A stretch of DNA of 64,000 bases, taken from positions 90,832,001 to 90,896,000 of the forward strand of contig NC_058368.1 of NCBI RefSeq assembly GCF_018350175.1, read 5' to 3'. Position 1 is the first letter of the stretch, and each line of letters begins with the position of its first letter. Below are positions 21,908-33,180 of this stretch, in pieces. Below the pieces are notes generated by a model, which was not told the origin of the DNA, did no database searches, and saw only the letters and a list, made by a program, of their open reading frames with translations. This DNA is from Felis catus (taxonomy: Eukaryota). Position numbers and translations under genes: made by a program.

Positions 21908-23801
21908 GTGAGTACTCACTTCTCTCGCTCCTTTCTGTCCAAGGCCCTTGCCTGGGAATTGGAGGCTGGTTACCTGTGAGTCCAAGGCCTGCACTGAGGA
22001 CCTCCTCTGTACCCCTGTGTGCAGGGACCACGGGGCACTGACTGAAGTGGTTGGCGGGAAAGCAAGTTATTTTGACCGGCCCGAGAGCGGGTGATTTAGG
22101 CAGTGGGTCAGGGTCTCTAAAGCTCTGATCAAGCAGAAGAGTGTGGTGTCCCTTATGCGTGCTGGGCCCCAGGTCTTCCTATCGTAGCCAAGTGTGTGTA
22201 CATCTCTGGGAGTGTGTGAATCTGCACATGTGTCTTGGAATGTTGGTGTGCACTCGCGTCTGGGTACCTGTGCACCTGCGTGAATATGTGTCTTGTGCGT
22301 GAGCGTATCTGTAGGTTTCTGCTCATTTGGGTGTCAGGGTATCTGTGCATCCCCGTGCATTTGAGAATGTGGGGTATGTGTGCAAGGGGGCACGTGGGTT
22401 GGCGGTCAGTCTGCTTGCTTCTGTGCTACCCAGGGAGCGGGGAGTGGTGCTGAAATGCCCGGTTATTCCTCTGCCCCCTGGCTGACCGGGAGCCACTGAT
22501 TTTTATGCTGTGGTTTCCTGTTGAACTCCAGCTGGTAATTTGAAAAGTCGGTTTTCTCTCTCTATTTTGAGCCAAGGGGAGCATTTGGAAATACAGGCTC
22601 TGGTGCCCACGGGTAGCCTCTGAAGGACAGGAGAGAGGCCCAGTCCCCTCCTGGGACTTTTTGGGCCACCCAGTGCGACTGGAGCCCTGGGAAGTTTTCC
22701 TGTTTTCAGGGGCCCCAGAGGGACCATGGCTTGGCATCAGGGGGCCTCAGAGGAAGCCTGGATCGATGCTCAGGGAGGAGGCTGACATTGGCGGTGCTCT
22801 GTCCGGCCGCCCCGGGGCCTGGCACGGGCAGAAGCCACTGCAGTTTTCTATTTTGGATTGGGTGTGCGGTGGTCAGGCTGGCGGTGCTGGCCAGACATCT
22901 GAAGCCGCCCACCGTGGCTTCTGCTGTAAGTGCTGCTCAGGACACTCCCGTTCTGAGCAAGTGGCCGCCCTCCCAGTGCTGCTGGCCCCCAAGTCCCCCT
23001 GTCCTCAGGCTCGTCCTGCCTGCCTGCAGAGCCAGCAATGACACCAGTGCCCCACAACCGCTGGTGTTCTTTTTATGGAGACACAGGAAATGTCACTTGT
23101 TGCTTCGGAAAATCACTGCCTTTGGCTGGATTTCATTAGAACCCAGGCATATTGCAAACAACTATAAATGTCCTTGGAGGAATTGGGTTATCCTGGTGCG
23201 GCCCTTTGTATGTCCGAGGACGTCCCGGGCCTCGTAGGTGTGTCTCATTTCGTGCTGCAGGTGAATTTCCTAAATCAAAGGAAATCGGTGCTGGGGACTC
23301 CAGGGGTTGGGGGAGTTGACATGGATGCAGTCTGTAGGTGGGCCAGCTCCTGTGTACTGATTAATTCCTGAAGGACAGCACTTCAGGGAGTCTGTGTCAC
23401 TATATCACTCATTCGTCTGTCATTTGGTGATTCATTTGTTTAGCCAGAACCTCCTAGTGTGTTTGTCCACTGTGCCAGTCAGAGGTGTTCCTCGCCCGGT
23501 GCCCACCTGGGTTGAGGGGCTGAGCAGTACCCCGTCCCTGCCTTTGACAGTGATCTCCTGGGGGCTATTTGAAGAAAGAGTTGCCAATAGGCAAAGGTGC
23601 ATGTTGGCAATCTCAGAAGAGGGAAGAAGACGTGCAGAGGTACCAGGTATGCGTTGGCCGGGTCAGGACAGACATGGTGAGTGAGATGTCACATGTACTG
23701 GACACACGCCTGCACACGTACAAGATGGAGCAGGAAAGAGTTGGACTTGGAAGACTGGCTGGGCCTTGCCTCAGGGGCCTTGAATACTGTCAGTGAAAAA
23801 T

Positions 23802-24275
23802 GGCCTTGAGATAGTGGGGCATCAATTTTAGTTCTTTAAATTTCTTTGTTTTTCTTTTTTTTCTTCTATTCTTTCTTCCTTCCTTCCTTCCTTCTTTCCT
23901 TCCTTCCTTCCTTCGGCCTAGAGACGGTAGGGCATCAATATTAGTTTTTTACTATTTTTCTTTTTTCTGTTCTCTTCCCCTTCCTTCCTTCCTTCCTTCC
24001 TCCCTCCCTCCCTCCCTCCCTCCCTCCCTTCCTTCCTTCTTTCCTTCCTTCCTTCCTTCCTTCAGCCTAGAGACGGTAGGGCATCAATATTAGTTTTTTA
24101 CTATTTTTCTTTTTTCTTTTCTTTTCCCCTTCCTTCCTTCCTTCCTTCCTTCCTTCCTTCCTTCCTTCCTTCCTTTTCCTTCCTTCCTTCCTTCCTTCCT
24201 TCCTTCTTTCCTTCCTTCCTCCCTCCCTCCCTTCCTCCCTCCCTCCTTTCCTTCTTTCCTTCCCTCCTTCCTTTT
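23802..24275 (+). repeat. Compound tandem repeat: three units of a ~50-bp head plus (TTCC)n/(TCCC)n tract
   Basis: Head gcctagagacggtagggcatcaatattagttttttactatttttc at 23916 and 24065; diverged copy at 23803. Confidence 0.9.
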
Positions 24276-24359
24276 GTTTTGGCATGTGTGCCTCTTCTCA
24301 TTTTATAACAATTAATTCCTTAACCTTTGAAGCCTCTCTGCATCAGTGATATAGGCCTG

Positions 24360-24500
24360 GGGCTTTATACATCATGCAAAGCCGTGGTCTCCACAGCTGT
24401 CCTGCAGGGGAGGGATCCTCATCCCTGGTTTGCAGATAGGCAGGGAGGCTCTAGGAGGATGAGCCACTTGCTCAAGACCACATAGGTAGGATTCTGGCCT
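24360..24500 (-). mobile_element. MIR fragment
   Basis: atccctggtttgcagataggcagggaggctc...acttgctcaagaccaca. Confidence 0.55.
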
Positions 24501-24714
24501 GGTTCCCTCCAGCTACTTTTGCCACAGCGCTCCCAAGACACTGAGATAGGCAATACCTGTGCATCCCCTCCCAATGGGCCTTATATGGATAAATGCATCT
24601 CACTCACCCAGAAACCCAGGCCCTTAACCCCCGTACCACACAGGCCACCTTTCTCCTCAGCTTTTGCTCTTCCTTCATAGATAACACAACACACGAAGCA
24701 GGTATGTCAGGCTG

Positions 24715-24850
24715 TGGTGTGTGTGCAAATCCCCAGGGACCTGGTTAAAATGCAGGTTCATCACATCTGTGGTGGGGCCTGAAGTTCTGCATTTCTCATA
24801 AGCTCTGAGGCTAATGCTCCTGGGCCTCGGCTTGCCCTTTGAGAAGCCAG
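24715..24850. mobile_element. MER5A-like hAT-Charlie element (followed by possible Charlie4-like sequence to ~25250)
   Basis: aaatccccagggacctggttaaaatgcagg...ggtggggcctgaagttctgcatttctcataagctc. Confidence 0.65.
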
Positions 24851-25026
24851 GCTCAATAGCCCCCTTTCTGCAAGAGAGTTCTGCAGATTGTACTACACGT
24901 TGCCTCTAGCAAATGGGGTTCAGCTGACAAACTGGTGTGGGCAGTGCTGTACCTTGCATTTAGCTTGTGAGATTCAGGGAGTCCATCGGGATCTCTGAGA
25001 AGTTCTGTAATGAAGAAGTCTTCTCA

Positions 25027-25161
25027 GGACTCCTTGGTGGCTCTGTCGGTTAAGTGTCCGGCTCTTGATCTCAGGTCAGGTCTTGATCTCAGGGTTGTGA
25101 TTTCAAACCCTGAGTTGGACTCCATGCTGGGCGTGGAGCCTACTTAAAAAAAAAAAAAAAA
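25027..25161 (+). mobile_element. Short Can-SINE (tRNA-derived head plus A tail, no CT tract)
   Basis: ggtggctctgtcggttaagtgtcc...ggagcctacttaaaaaaaa. Confidence 0.88.
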
Positions 25162-25519
25162 GGAAATGTCTTGTGCTCTGTGTAATCCATCATGTTCTAC
25201 GCAGATGGGACCATGGAACCCCTTCTTTGCAGAACATTTGGAACTAGTCTTCCTAGAAGACGTGAAGAGAAACCACAGAGCAGGGTCCCAGCGGGCAGCT
25301 GTGGTCTTAGAGCTTACATTTAGATGGGACATGCCTTTCCCAAGAGCCACAAGCCCTTTCAGGCCTAATGTCCTGCTCCTGGCCAGGGACACACAGTTGC
25401 TCATCTACTTGCCTGGCCCTGAGTTTGTTTCTCTGCTTTAAAGGAAGGCACAGTGGCAGTAGCTTTGTTTTCTGTGGACAGGAGTCTCCTAATCGAGGGG
25501 ATTCTTAATTCACCATATT

Positions 25520-25900
25520 TGTCAGGATCTTTTCAGTTACAAGTGACAGCTTAAGTTAAATTAGTTTAAACAAACAAAAAAAGGGAAGTTATTAGCTCAC
25601 AGAATGGTAAATCTTCAGGCATGGCTGAATCCAGGTGCACTTGTCTCCTGTCTCTGTCTTCTATGTGTTAGCTTTGTTGTCAGGTGCAGTTCTTCTGTGG
25701 TGCCCCCGTCTTTCCAGGGGCCCAGCAGTGCCTGACTGACATCTTTTTCTGATTATTTCTGGCTGAGTCCTGGGTATGACTCTGGCTAGCCTGGAGTCTA
25801 ATGCTCTTGGGAGAACCCCAGAAATGGAGACCGGAAGAGGTGCTGTTTCCTCAGTTACCATGAGATTGGGATTCTGGGCCTGCCAAGATGTAGATCTTTC
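25520..25900 (-). mobile_element. MaLR LTR (MLT1K-like)
   Basis: gtcaggatcttttcagttacaagtgacag...cttcaggcatggctgaatccaggtgc. Confidence 0.65.
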
Positions 25901-26228
25901 TGGAGTCAGGTAGAGGTGCAGACTCAAGAGATGCCACATGAAGACATGCTTTGTAAGGCATGCCGGGCACTTTATTTCCAGAGAGGCTGGGAAATGTAGA
26001 GTTTCCAGGTTGTCTTTTTTTTTTTTTTTTTTACAGCCACTAGACAGAAATTGTTCATGATATGCACAGGGAAAGGGTAAAGTTTGTCTTTTCACAATGC
26101 ATAAGAAAATTACGCTTAATGAAGGATTCTTGCATGTCGCGTTGCTATAGTTTTCTACTACCTCTCGGGCCACGTGATAGGTATGCTAATTTCACATCAT
26201 TCTTATATGCTCATCAAAAACCCAATAA

Positions 26229-26410
26229 GGGGCACCTGGTGTCTCAGTCAGTTAAACGTCCGACTCTTTATTTTGGCCCAGGTCATGACTTCAAGGTTGT
26301 GAGATCGAGTCCCCTGTCAGGTTCTGTGCTGAGAGTGGAGCCTGCTTAAGATTTTTTTTCTCTCTCTCTCTCCCTCTGCCCCGCTCCCCTCCTCAAAAAT
26401 ACAGCAACAA
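26229..26410 (+). mobile_element. Can-SINE, followed by a MIR fragment (~26455-26600, minus)
   Basis: ggggcacctggtgtctcagtcagttaaac head; MIR core cccattctacagatgaatgaactga. Confidence 0.88.
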
Positions 26411-27210
26411 CAACGAGAAGGCTGTTGGCATAAAAATAATAGTAACTCGTAGTTTTTTGTGCCTCTACTATGTGCCAGGCTCCCTGCTGAGCACCTGATA
26501 TCACCCTGTTCAATCCTCGCACTATCCTGTGGTCTATCCCTGATATCCCCATTCTACAGATGAATGAACTGAACCTCCAAATGCTGAAACCTTGCTTCTG
26601 ATTCAAAGACGACGCCAACTACATTTTATTGCCTTTTTTTTTTGCATGCCAACAAAAAAGAATAAAAAGGAAGAAATGCATTTCTTGAAAACAGTCCTTA
26701 CCTTTCCTGTTTTGACTCTTGGAGACCTTCTCAGTCAGGGGCGTTGCCTGTTGTTTGTGGGAGCAGGGAGCAGTCCTGGTGGCTGACACACTGCTCACCC
26801 GCTCCAGCCTGCAGCCCCTGGCAGGTTGCCTCAGTCTTCACAGCTGGGTGATGGCAGCGGGGACTCCAGTAGGACCGAAGCACCCCGCGCCACCTCTGCC
26901 TCCCACCTCAGTGCAGCTCTGGGGACCTCTCTGGCCAGATAGGGCCTGACAGGGCCAGTGGGTGGAAGTCTTCATGGGCTAGGCAGTGGGAAGGGTCTGG
27001 TCTCTGAGGTCTGGTCCCATCCTGAGGTCTGACCAGGGGGGCAGTGTATATCCTAATGTGGGAGCTCAGTATGAGTCCCCATGATTCTGCTAGGCAGAGC
27101 CCTCATCATATGGCCAAGGTTGAGAGAAGCCCAAGGACTTCTGCCTGGTGGGCTGGGGCTCCTGGCCAGGATGGCAGCCTGGCCAGGAGCCAACTCTGTC
27201 CAGTCTTTTT

Positions 27211-27429
27211 TTTTTTTTTTTTTTTACATTTATTTATTTTTGAGAGAGGGAGAGAATGCACACATGTGTGTGTGAGCATGGGGGTGGGGCAGAGAGAGGG
27301 GGATGGAGGGTTTGAAGTGGGTTCCATGCTGTCAGCACAGAGCCCGATGTGGGGCTCGAACCCACGAACTGTGAGATCGCGACCTGAGCGGAAGTGGGAC
27401 GCTTCACCGACTGAGCCACCCGGGCGCCC
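27211..27429 (-). mobile_element. Can-SINE
   Basis: TSD ctgtccagtcttttt at 27196-27210 and 27430-27444; CpG-rich (young). Confidence 0.95.
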
Positions 27430-27849
27430 CTGTCCAGTCTTTTTACGTGTCACCAAGGTCTACAGAGAAAAGTCATTTGCTGGCTCAAGGGACCAAGATG
27501 AGTTTCATTCCAGCTGGCTCAGATGCTAGGGTCGGGCAGGCAGGTGTGGCAGGCTCGGGCTGTGGGGCTGGGGTGAGGGTGCCTAGGACTTGCAGCTGTC
27601 CCTTGTAAGGTCTTCCTCCCTCCCACCCTACCTTGGCACTGCCTGGTGGGGGAGGGCAGTGAGAAGATCTCAGGAACACCACAGAGGGGCTGTGGGACAT
27701 TCCAAGTTCCCTGGGTCTTGGGGTTCCTCAGGTCAGAACAGCAGAGGCACCTGTTTGGCCCCTGCTCTTGGCAATCTACACAGCTGTCCCAGAGTAGTCT
27801 CAACCTCCTCCATGGCTTCTTGGCTCCTTGTTGTTTTAAGATTCATTCA

Positions 27850-28146
27850 GTTTACATGACAGAAAACTGACTTACAATGAATGAAATAAACAAGGGAGGT
27901 CATGGGCCCAATTATCTATGGGGTCCTGAGGAATTCAGGCATGGCTGGATCCAGGGGCTCAGGGCTTGTTTCAGCACATGCTCTCTGCCTTTCAGTTTTG
28001 TCACTCTTTGTGTTTATCTCAACATGGCCTTCCCCATGTGGGGGCCACCGGCAACCCCTGCTTAATTTGTCTTCTTCCACAGTGGCAATCAGAAATGGAG
28101 AGCAGTTCTTTCTGGGTGGTTTCTGCTAGCATTCTGGAGAGGGCTC
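27850..28146 (-). mobile_element. MaLR LTR (MLT1K-like), interrupted by L1
   Basis: tgacagaaaactgac...ttcaggcatggctggatccaggggctca. Confidence 0.65.
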
Positions 28147-28164
28147 TGATAGGGCCCATTTTTA

Positions 28165-29027
28165 TTTTTATTTTTTATTTTTTTTAATATATGAAATTTA
28201 TTGTCAGATTGGTTTCCATACAACACCCAGTGCTCATCCCAAAAGATGCCCTCTTCAATACCCATCACCTATCCTCCCCTCCCTCCCATCCCCCATCAAC
28301 CCTCAGTTTGTTCTCAGTTTTTAAGAGTCTCTTATGCTTTGGCTCTCTCCCACTCTAACCTCTTTGTTTGTTTGTTTTTTTCCCTTCCCCTCCCCCATGG
28401 GTTTCTGTTAAGTTTCTCAGGATCCACCAAAGAGTGAAAGCATATGGTATCTGTCTTTCTCTGTATGGCTTATTTCACTTAGCATCACACTCTCCAGTTC
28501 CATCCATGTTGCTACAAAGGGCCATATTTCGTTCTTTCTCATTGCCACGTAGTACTCCATTGTGTATATAAACCACAATTGCTTTATTCATTCATCAGTT
28601 GATGGACATTTAGGCTCTTTCCATAATTTGGCTATTGTTGAAAGTGCTGCTATCAACATTGGGGTACAAGTGGCCCTATGCATCAGTACTCCTGTATCCC
28701 TTGGGTAAATTCCTAGCAGTGCTACTTCTGGGTCATAAGGTAGGTCTATTTTTAATTTTTTGAGGAACCTCCACACTGTTTTCCAGAGTGGCTGCACCAG
28801 TTTGCATTCCCACCAACAGTGCAAGAGGGTTCCCATTTCTCCACATCCCCTCCAGCATCTATAGTGTCCTGATTTGTTCACTTTGGCCACTCTGACTGGC
28901 GTGAGGTGATACCTGAGTGTGGTTTTGATTTGTATTTCCCTGATGAGGAGCGACGTTGAGCATCTTTTCATGTGCCTGTTGGCCATCCGGATGTCTTCTT
29001 TAGAGAAGTGTCTATTCATGTTTTCTG
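28165..29027 (-). mobile_element. Young 5'-truncated felid L1 (ORF2 C-terminus, 3'UTR, poly-A)
   Basis: Encodes [20 protein letters not shown]...[18 protein letters not shown] (ORF2p C-terminal CCHC region); perfect 18-bp TSD tgatagggcccattttta at 28147-28164 and 29028-29045. Confidence 0.96.
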
Positions 29028-29379
29028 TGATAGGGCCCATTTTTAAACTGATCGCTATGATGTAGGCCTGGCCTGAGTCTCTTGCTCACCTTTGGGATTG
29101 AAAGTGAGGGTCAGATCCCCAAGCTCTGGAGTGGGTTGGCGTTTTATGTAAAAGCAAGAGGAGGGTGAATGTGCCAGGCGGATGAAAACAGTTGCTACCA
29201 CACATTCCACCCGGACTCCAGGTCCCAGAGTCCAGCCCAGGTCTCTTCCTGGGCTCCAGACTTGCCTGCGCAGCTGCCTCCAGGGCTCCTTCTCTGGTTG
29301 ACCCCAGCCTTCTGAAATGGAATGCACTCTCCATTCTCTTCCAGACCCCACCCTTTCTTGGGTGGGAATCCCAGGATCA

Positions 29380-30020
29380 CCCCTCTCCTCCCTGTGCATG
29401 ACCCCAAATCCAGCCAGCCACCATCTTAGACATCTCTGGACTTCATTCCAGTGCCCACCTCTCCACCATGCCTGACTCTATGCCCCGTCTTTTGTGCCTG
29501 TGTTCCTCAGCTGCTGCTGAATGGTCTCTCCCCAGAAACTCTTGCCTCACACAGCAGCCAGACTGATTTTATAAACCACATATTAAATCATGTCACTCCT
29601 TTGTTCAAGATCTTTCAATGATTTTTATTGCCCTTAAAAAAAAAAACCCGGAAAAACATCCAAACCCACTGGCCTGGCATTCAAGGCCCCCTATGACCTG
29701 GCCCAGTGGCTTCCAGGTTCGTCTGTCATTGTGTCCCCCTCATGCCTGTGCCCCAGTCACACTGATCTTTTATTTCCTCCAACTCTGACACTCCCAGCTC
29801 AGGGCCTTTGCATAGGCTGTGTGCCTGGACCACTCTTATCCCTTCATCTTTACTTGGCTCAGTCTGTAGGTCTCAGCCAAGTGGCATTTCATACAGGAAG
29901 CCATCCTAGACATTCGCATGCCATGTTACACCCTGTGCTTCTTAGTAACCTGTACCATAGGTAATGTGTATCTGGCTATGTCTGGGCTATGTAGGGCCCA
30001 GCTGTGAAATCAGAGTTCCT
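29380..30020 (+). mobile_element. L2 3' region
   Basis: cacacagcagccagactgatttt...atcatgtcactcct...ggcattcaaggccc...cagggcctttgca. Confidence 0.75.
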
Positions 30021-31179
30021 GAAGCCTATGTAGGAAAGGGCTGGGGACTTGCCCTTGAGACCCCGTACCCTTCCCTTCTGCGCCCCGCCCCCCAATGCCC
30101 AGGGCTGGCCTGCCTCTCCTTATCTGCTCTCTTGCCAATCCCAGAATGTCCACCTTCAGTGGGGCAGACCACTGAGAATGGCTGACAGCTCTGCCTCCTT
30201 TCCCACAGGAAAGCACTTGTACACACATGTGGTATTACAGGTTTCTTGCCCCCACTTTGGGGTTCATGAAACCTGAGTTCGAAACCACTGGTCTAAATCA
30301 AACTAAGTAGGGGAGGGAAGTTCCCCCCCCCCCAAACCCACCCCAGGCCTGTATGGGGAAGTGTTAGGTGGGGGTGAGGAGATATCAGGCTGGGCTCTGG
30401 CAAGCCACCTTGCAAGCCTGGGCAAATCCTCCCACCATGAGAGCCATCAGTTGGTCCAGATGGAAAGTGGGGGTTGGAGTTAACCATTTCTAGGACCCTT
30501 CCAGGGCAACTCCAGGTGTCTTAGGGGCCAGGTGGGGAACAGACAGACACACGTGAGGGAACAGAGTTGGAGGATGGAGAGGCGGGGATCCCCGCGGACC
30601 CAAGCCCCACCTCCCTTGAGAGATTGTTGCCTCTGGTGAGTGTGGGCTCTTTGCTGCGGAATCCTCTATTGTTACTTCAGAGAAACTATGTTTCTGAATC
30701 TGTTGATATCATGTGGGCAAACAAGTCCAGTGTGAAGACTGACAGGTCCCCTGACAGGGCCTCCAGAGGCAGGTGTGGAAGCACTGGGAGATGTGCTAGC
30801 AACAGGATCATTAGATGGGCCAAGGTTCCCTGCCAGCAGGGGCTGGGGAACCTGCTGAGAACCCAGCTTCACTTCATCACAGCTGTCCCACATACCCTTC
30901 CAGGACAACCACAACCTTCTGGCTGACCTCCCCACCACTTCTCACTGGGAAGAATTTGGTGGAAGGGAAGGAGCTTCCTAGGGGCTCTTCTCTGCCTGGG
31001 CTGGGTAGGAACATGCACTGACCTGTGGCTGCCATGATGGAGGCTTACTTGTCAGGAGTTTGTGTTCAAGGTGGCAGATCAGCAGCTGTGACCCCACCCC
31101 ACCACCCCATTTCTTCGTGGTGGCCCCTCAGAATGAGAGACAGACTCATCTGTCTTTATTGAATAAGGCACCCAAAGGC

Positions 31180-31415
31180 GGGGGCGCCTGGGGAGCTCAG
31201 TCGGTTAAGCGTCAGACTTCAGCTCAGGTCACGATCTCGTGTCCAACTTTGGCGCAGGTGATGCTCTTGCAGTTCATGGGTTCAAGCCCCGTGTCAGGCT
31301 CTGTGCTGACACCTGGGAGTCTGGAACCTGGTTTGGATTCTGTGCCTCCCTCTCTTTCTGCCCTCCCTCGCTCACACTCTGTCTCTCTCAAAAATAAATA
31401 AACATTAAAAAAAAA
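31180..31415 (+). mobile_element. Can-SINE with internal 30-bp duplication
   Basis: TSD aataaggca(c/t)ccaaaggc at 31162-31179 and 31416-31433. Confidence 0.93.
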
Positions 31416-31433
31416 AATAAGGCATCCAAAGGC

Positions 31434-31670
31434 ACCTAGAGTAGTCAAAATCATAGACAGGAGAGTGCTGGTTGCCAGGGGCTGGGGGGAGGAGGGGAGA
31501 GGAGTTATTATAGTTACGGTTTCAGTTCTACAAGGAAAAAAAGAATTATAGAGATGGATAGTGGTGACGGTTGCACAACATTAAGAATGCATTTACTAGC
31601 ACACTAAGAACTACACAAAGAATGGTTAAGATGGTAAATTTTATGTTGTGTGTATTTTACCACGTGAAAA
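31434..31670 (+). mobile_element. L1MB-like 3' end
   Basis: tagagtagtcaaaatcataga...ggttgccaggggctgggg...gatagtggtgacggttgcacaaca...aatggttaagatggtaaattttatg. Confidence 0.85.
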
Positions 31671-32889
31671 AGGGCATCTGAGGACTCATGGGATTCAGTA
31701 GGTAGTTCAGGGTTGGAGTGGTGCCCCTTGAATCCCACTCACCCAGTTTTCCTCCCCTGTGTGACTCTTTCCCCTGGAGGACCAGTGGCTGCGGCTGTCC
31801 CCACACCCCTCACATCCCCAGGGACAGGCTGGGGAAAGAGAAGCTGTCTAGTTTTTGGAGGTTCCTGCCAGTCTTGAGCTTCACTCTGATTGGCTGGGAT
31901 TAGGTCACGGGACTTTTCTATAGCCAATCACTGTGACCCAGGAATGCCATGTGCTGATTGGCTCTGGCTGAGTCATATGCCGCAGCCACGGCTTCGAACA
32001 GCCCCGGGAGAGCGCCGGGAGCTGCGACCACCCGTGACTGTGGGGTAGCGGCTTCCCGCCTGTGTCACTCTTCTGCCGGCTGAGGGCCCCGCTGCCCGCG
32101 CTGTCCCTCAAGAAAAGGCAGCGGATCAGTGTCTATACCGGCTACCTTTCCTGGAACATGTACCCTATCACTGCGGTCGTCCTGTGAGCTCGCCATTGCT
32201 GTCCCCCTTTGACAGATGAGGAAACTGAGGCTCTGGTGAGTTACTCGGATCTGTGGGCTCTCCCAGTGTGGTGTCGCCTCTTTCCATGGAATCCTCTAGG
32301 GTAAAGGACATAGTGGATTGGTCGGTCACCGATCTCCGAGCCTGAGCTCTGGGAGGCCAGCTCTTTCTGAGTCATCCTCTGTCACCTTGACACCCCCTGC
32401 CCTGACTCTGTGGCCATGTGTGTTTCTGGCACTGGTTGTGGAGTGTAATGGTGCCATCCATTTATGTGTTGTCAGGCTTCAGGCTCTTTCTGCCCCATGG
32501 CCAGCCTTGGCTGCCTGTCCCCTTGTGCCCCCAGCCCTTAGTGAGTGAAGAGTGATGCTGAGGGTCAGCTGGAAGGTGGGGAAGGCCAGATCCTCACCTA
32601 GGCCTGCTGTGAGCACCATGAGTGCCATAGCCAGGGTGAGCACTCACTGAGGAGGTCATTTGCTCTGAGACACAGGGACACCTCCCATGGCCTGGAGTGT
32701 CCACCTAGCACTGAGGCTGGCTTTACTGTGCAGTGGCCTCAGCTGTGGTCTGGGCCTCCCCGTTCTGGTCTCTGAGATCCATAGGGGCAAATGCACGTGG
32801 GGTCCTTCCTGGGACCTTGGGTCTGTACTGGCAGGCAGACACATCCTTCATTACCCTCACTGCCCTCCTCTGCTTGGGCAGCCTGGGGG

Positions 32890-33180
32890 AACGTATGTGC
32901 ATGTTTGTGCGCCTCTGCATGGCAATGTGTGTGTGTATGTGGAAAGGTGTGAGTGTGTGTGCATGTGCATGCATATCTGTGTGAGTGTGATGTGAAGATG
33001 GATGTGCATGTAAGTGTGTGTGTGTCCACGCATGGGAGCGTATGCATTGGAGTGAGCATGAGTGTGAGCATGTGCGTGGGTGTGAATGTGCATGTTTGTG
33101 TCTGTGTGTAGGTGTATATATGTCCCCATTTGAGTGAGCATGTGCATTCAAGTGTGAGTGTGTATCATGGTCGTGTGTGT
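32890..33180 (+). repeat. Degenerate (TG)n/TGCATG-rich tract
   Basis: Read directly; similar tracts at 22190-22385, 48955-49250, 54585-54980. Confidence 0.85.

Larger units (their letters stand above)
19700..21920. promoter_or_regulatory. CpG island covering the ADAMTS2 promoter, exon 1, intron 1 and exon 2
   Basis: Abrupt switch to very high GC and dense CpG versus CpG-poor flanks; many GC-box (GGGCGG/CCGCCC) motifs; no obvious TATA box. Confidence 0.92.

Noticed and set aside
21908..21979. ORF read-through past exon 2 ([12 protein letters not shown]...)
   Set aside because: Lies beyond a consensus GTGAGT donor; intronic.
23802..24275. Repeat-spacer pattern as a CRISPR-like array
   Set aside because: Mammalian DNA; the spacers are TTCC microsatellite; no cas genes.
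28588..29040. 150-aa ORF as a host gene
   Set aside because: It is the L1 ORF2p C-terminus in a truncated insertion.
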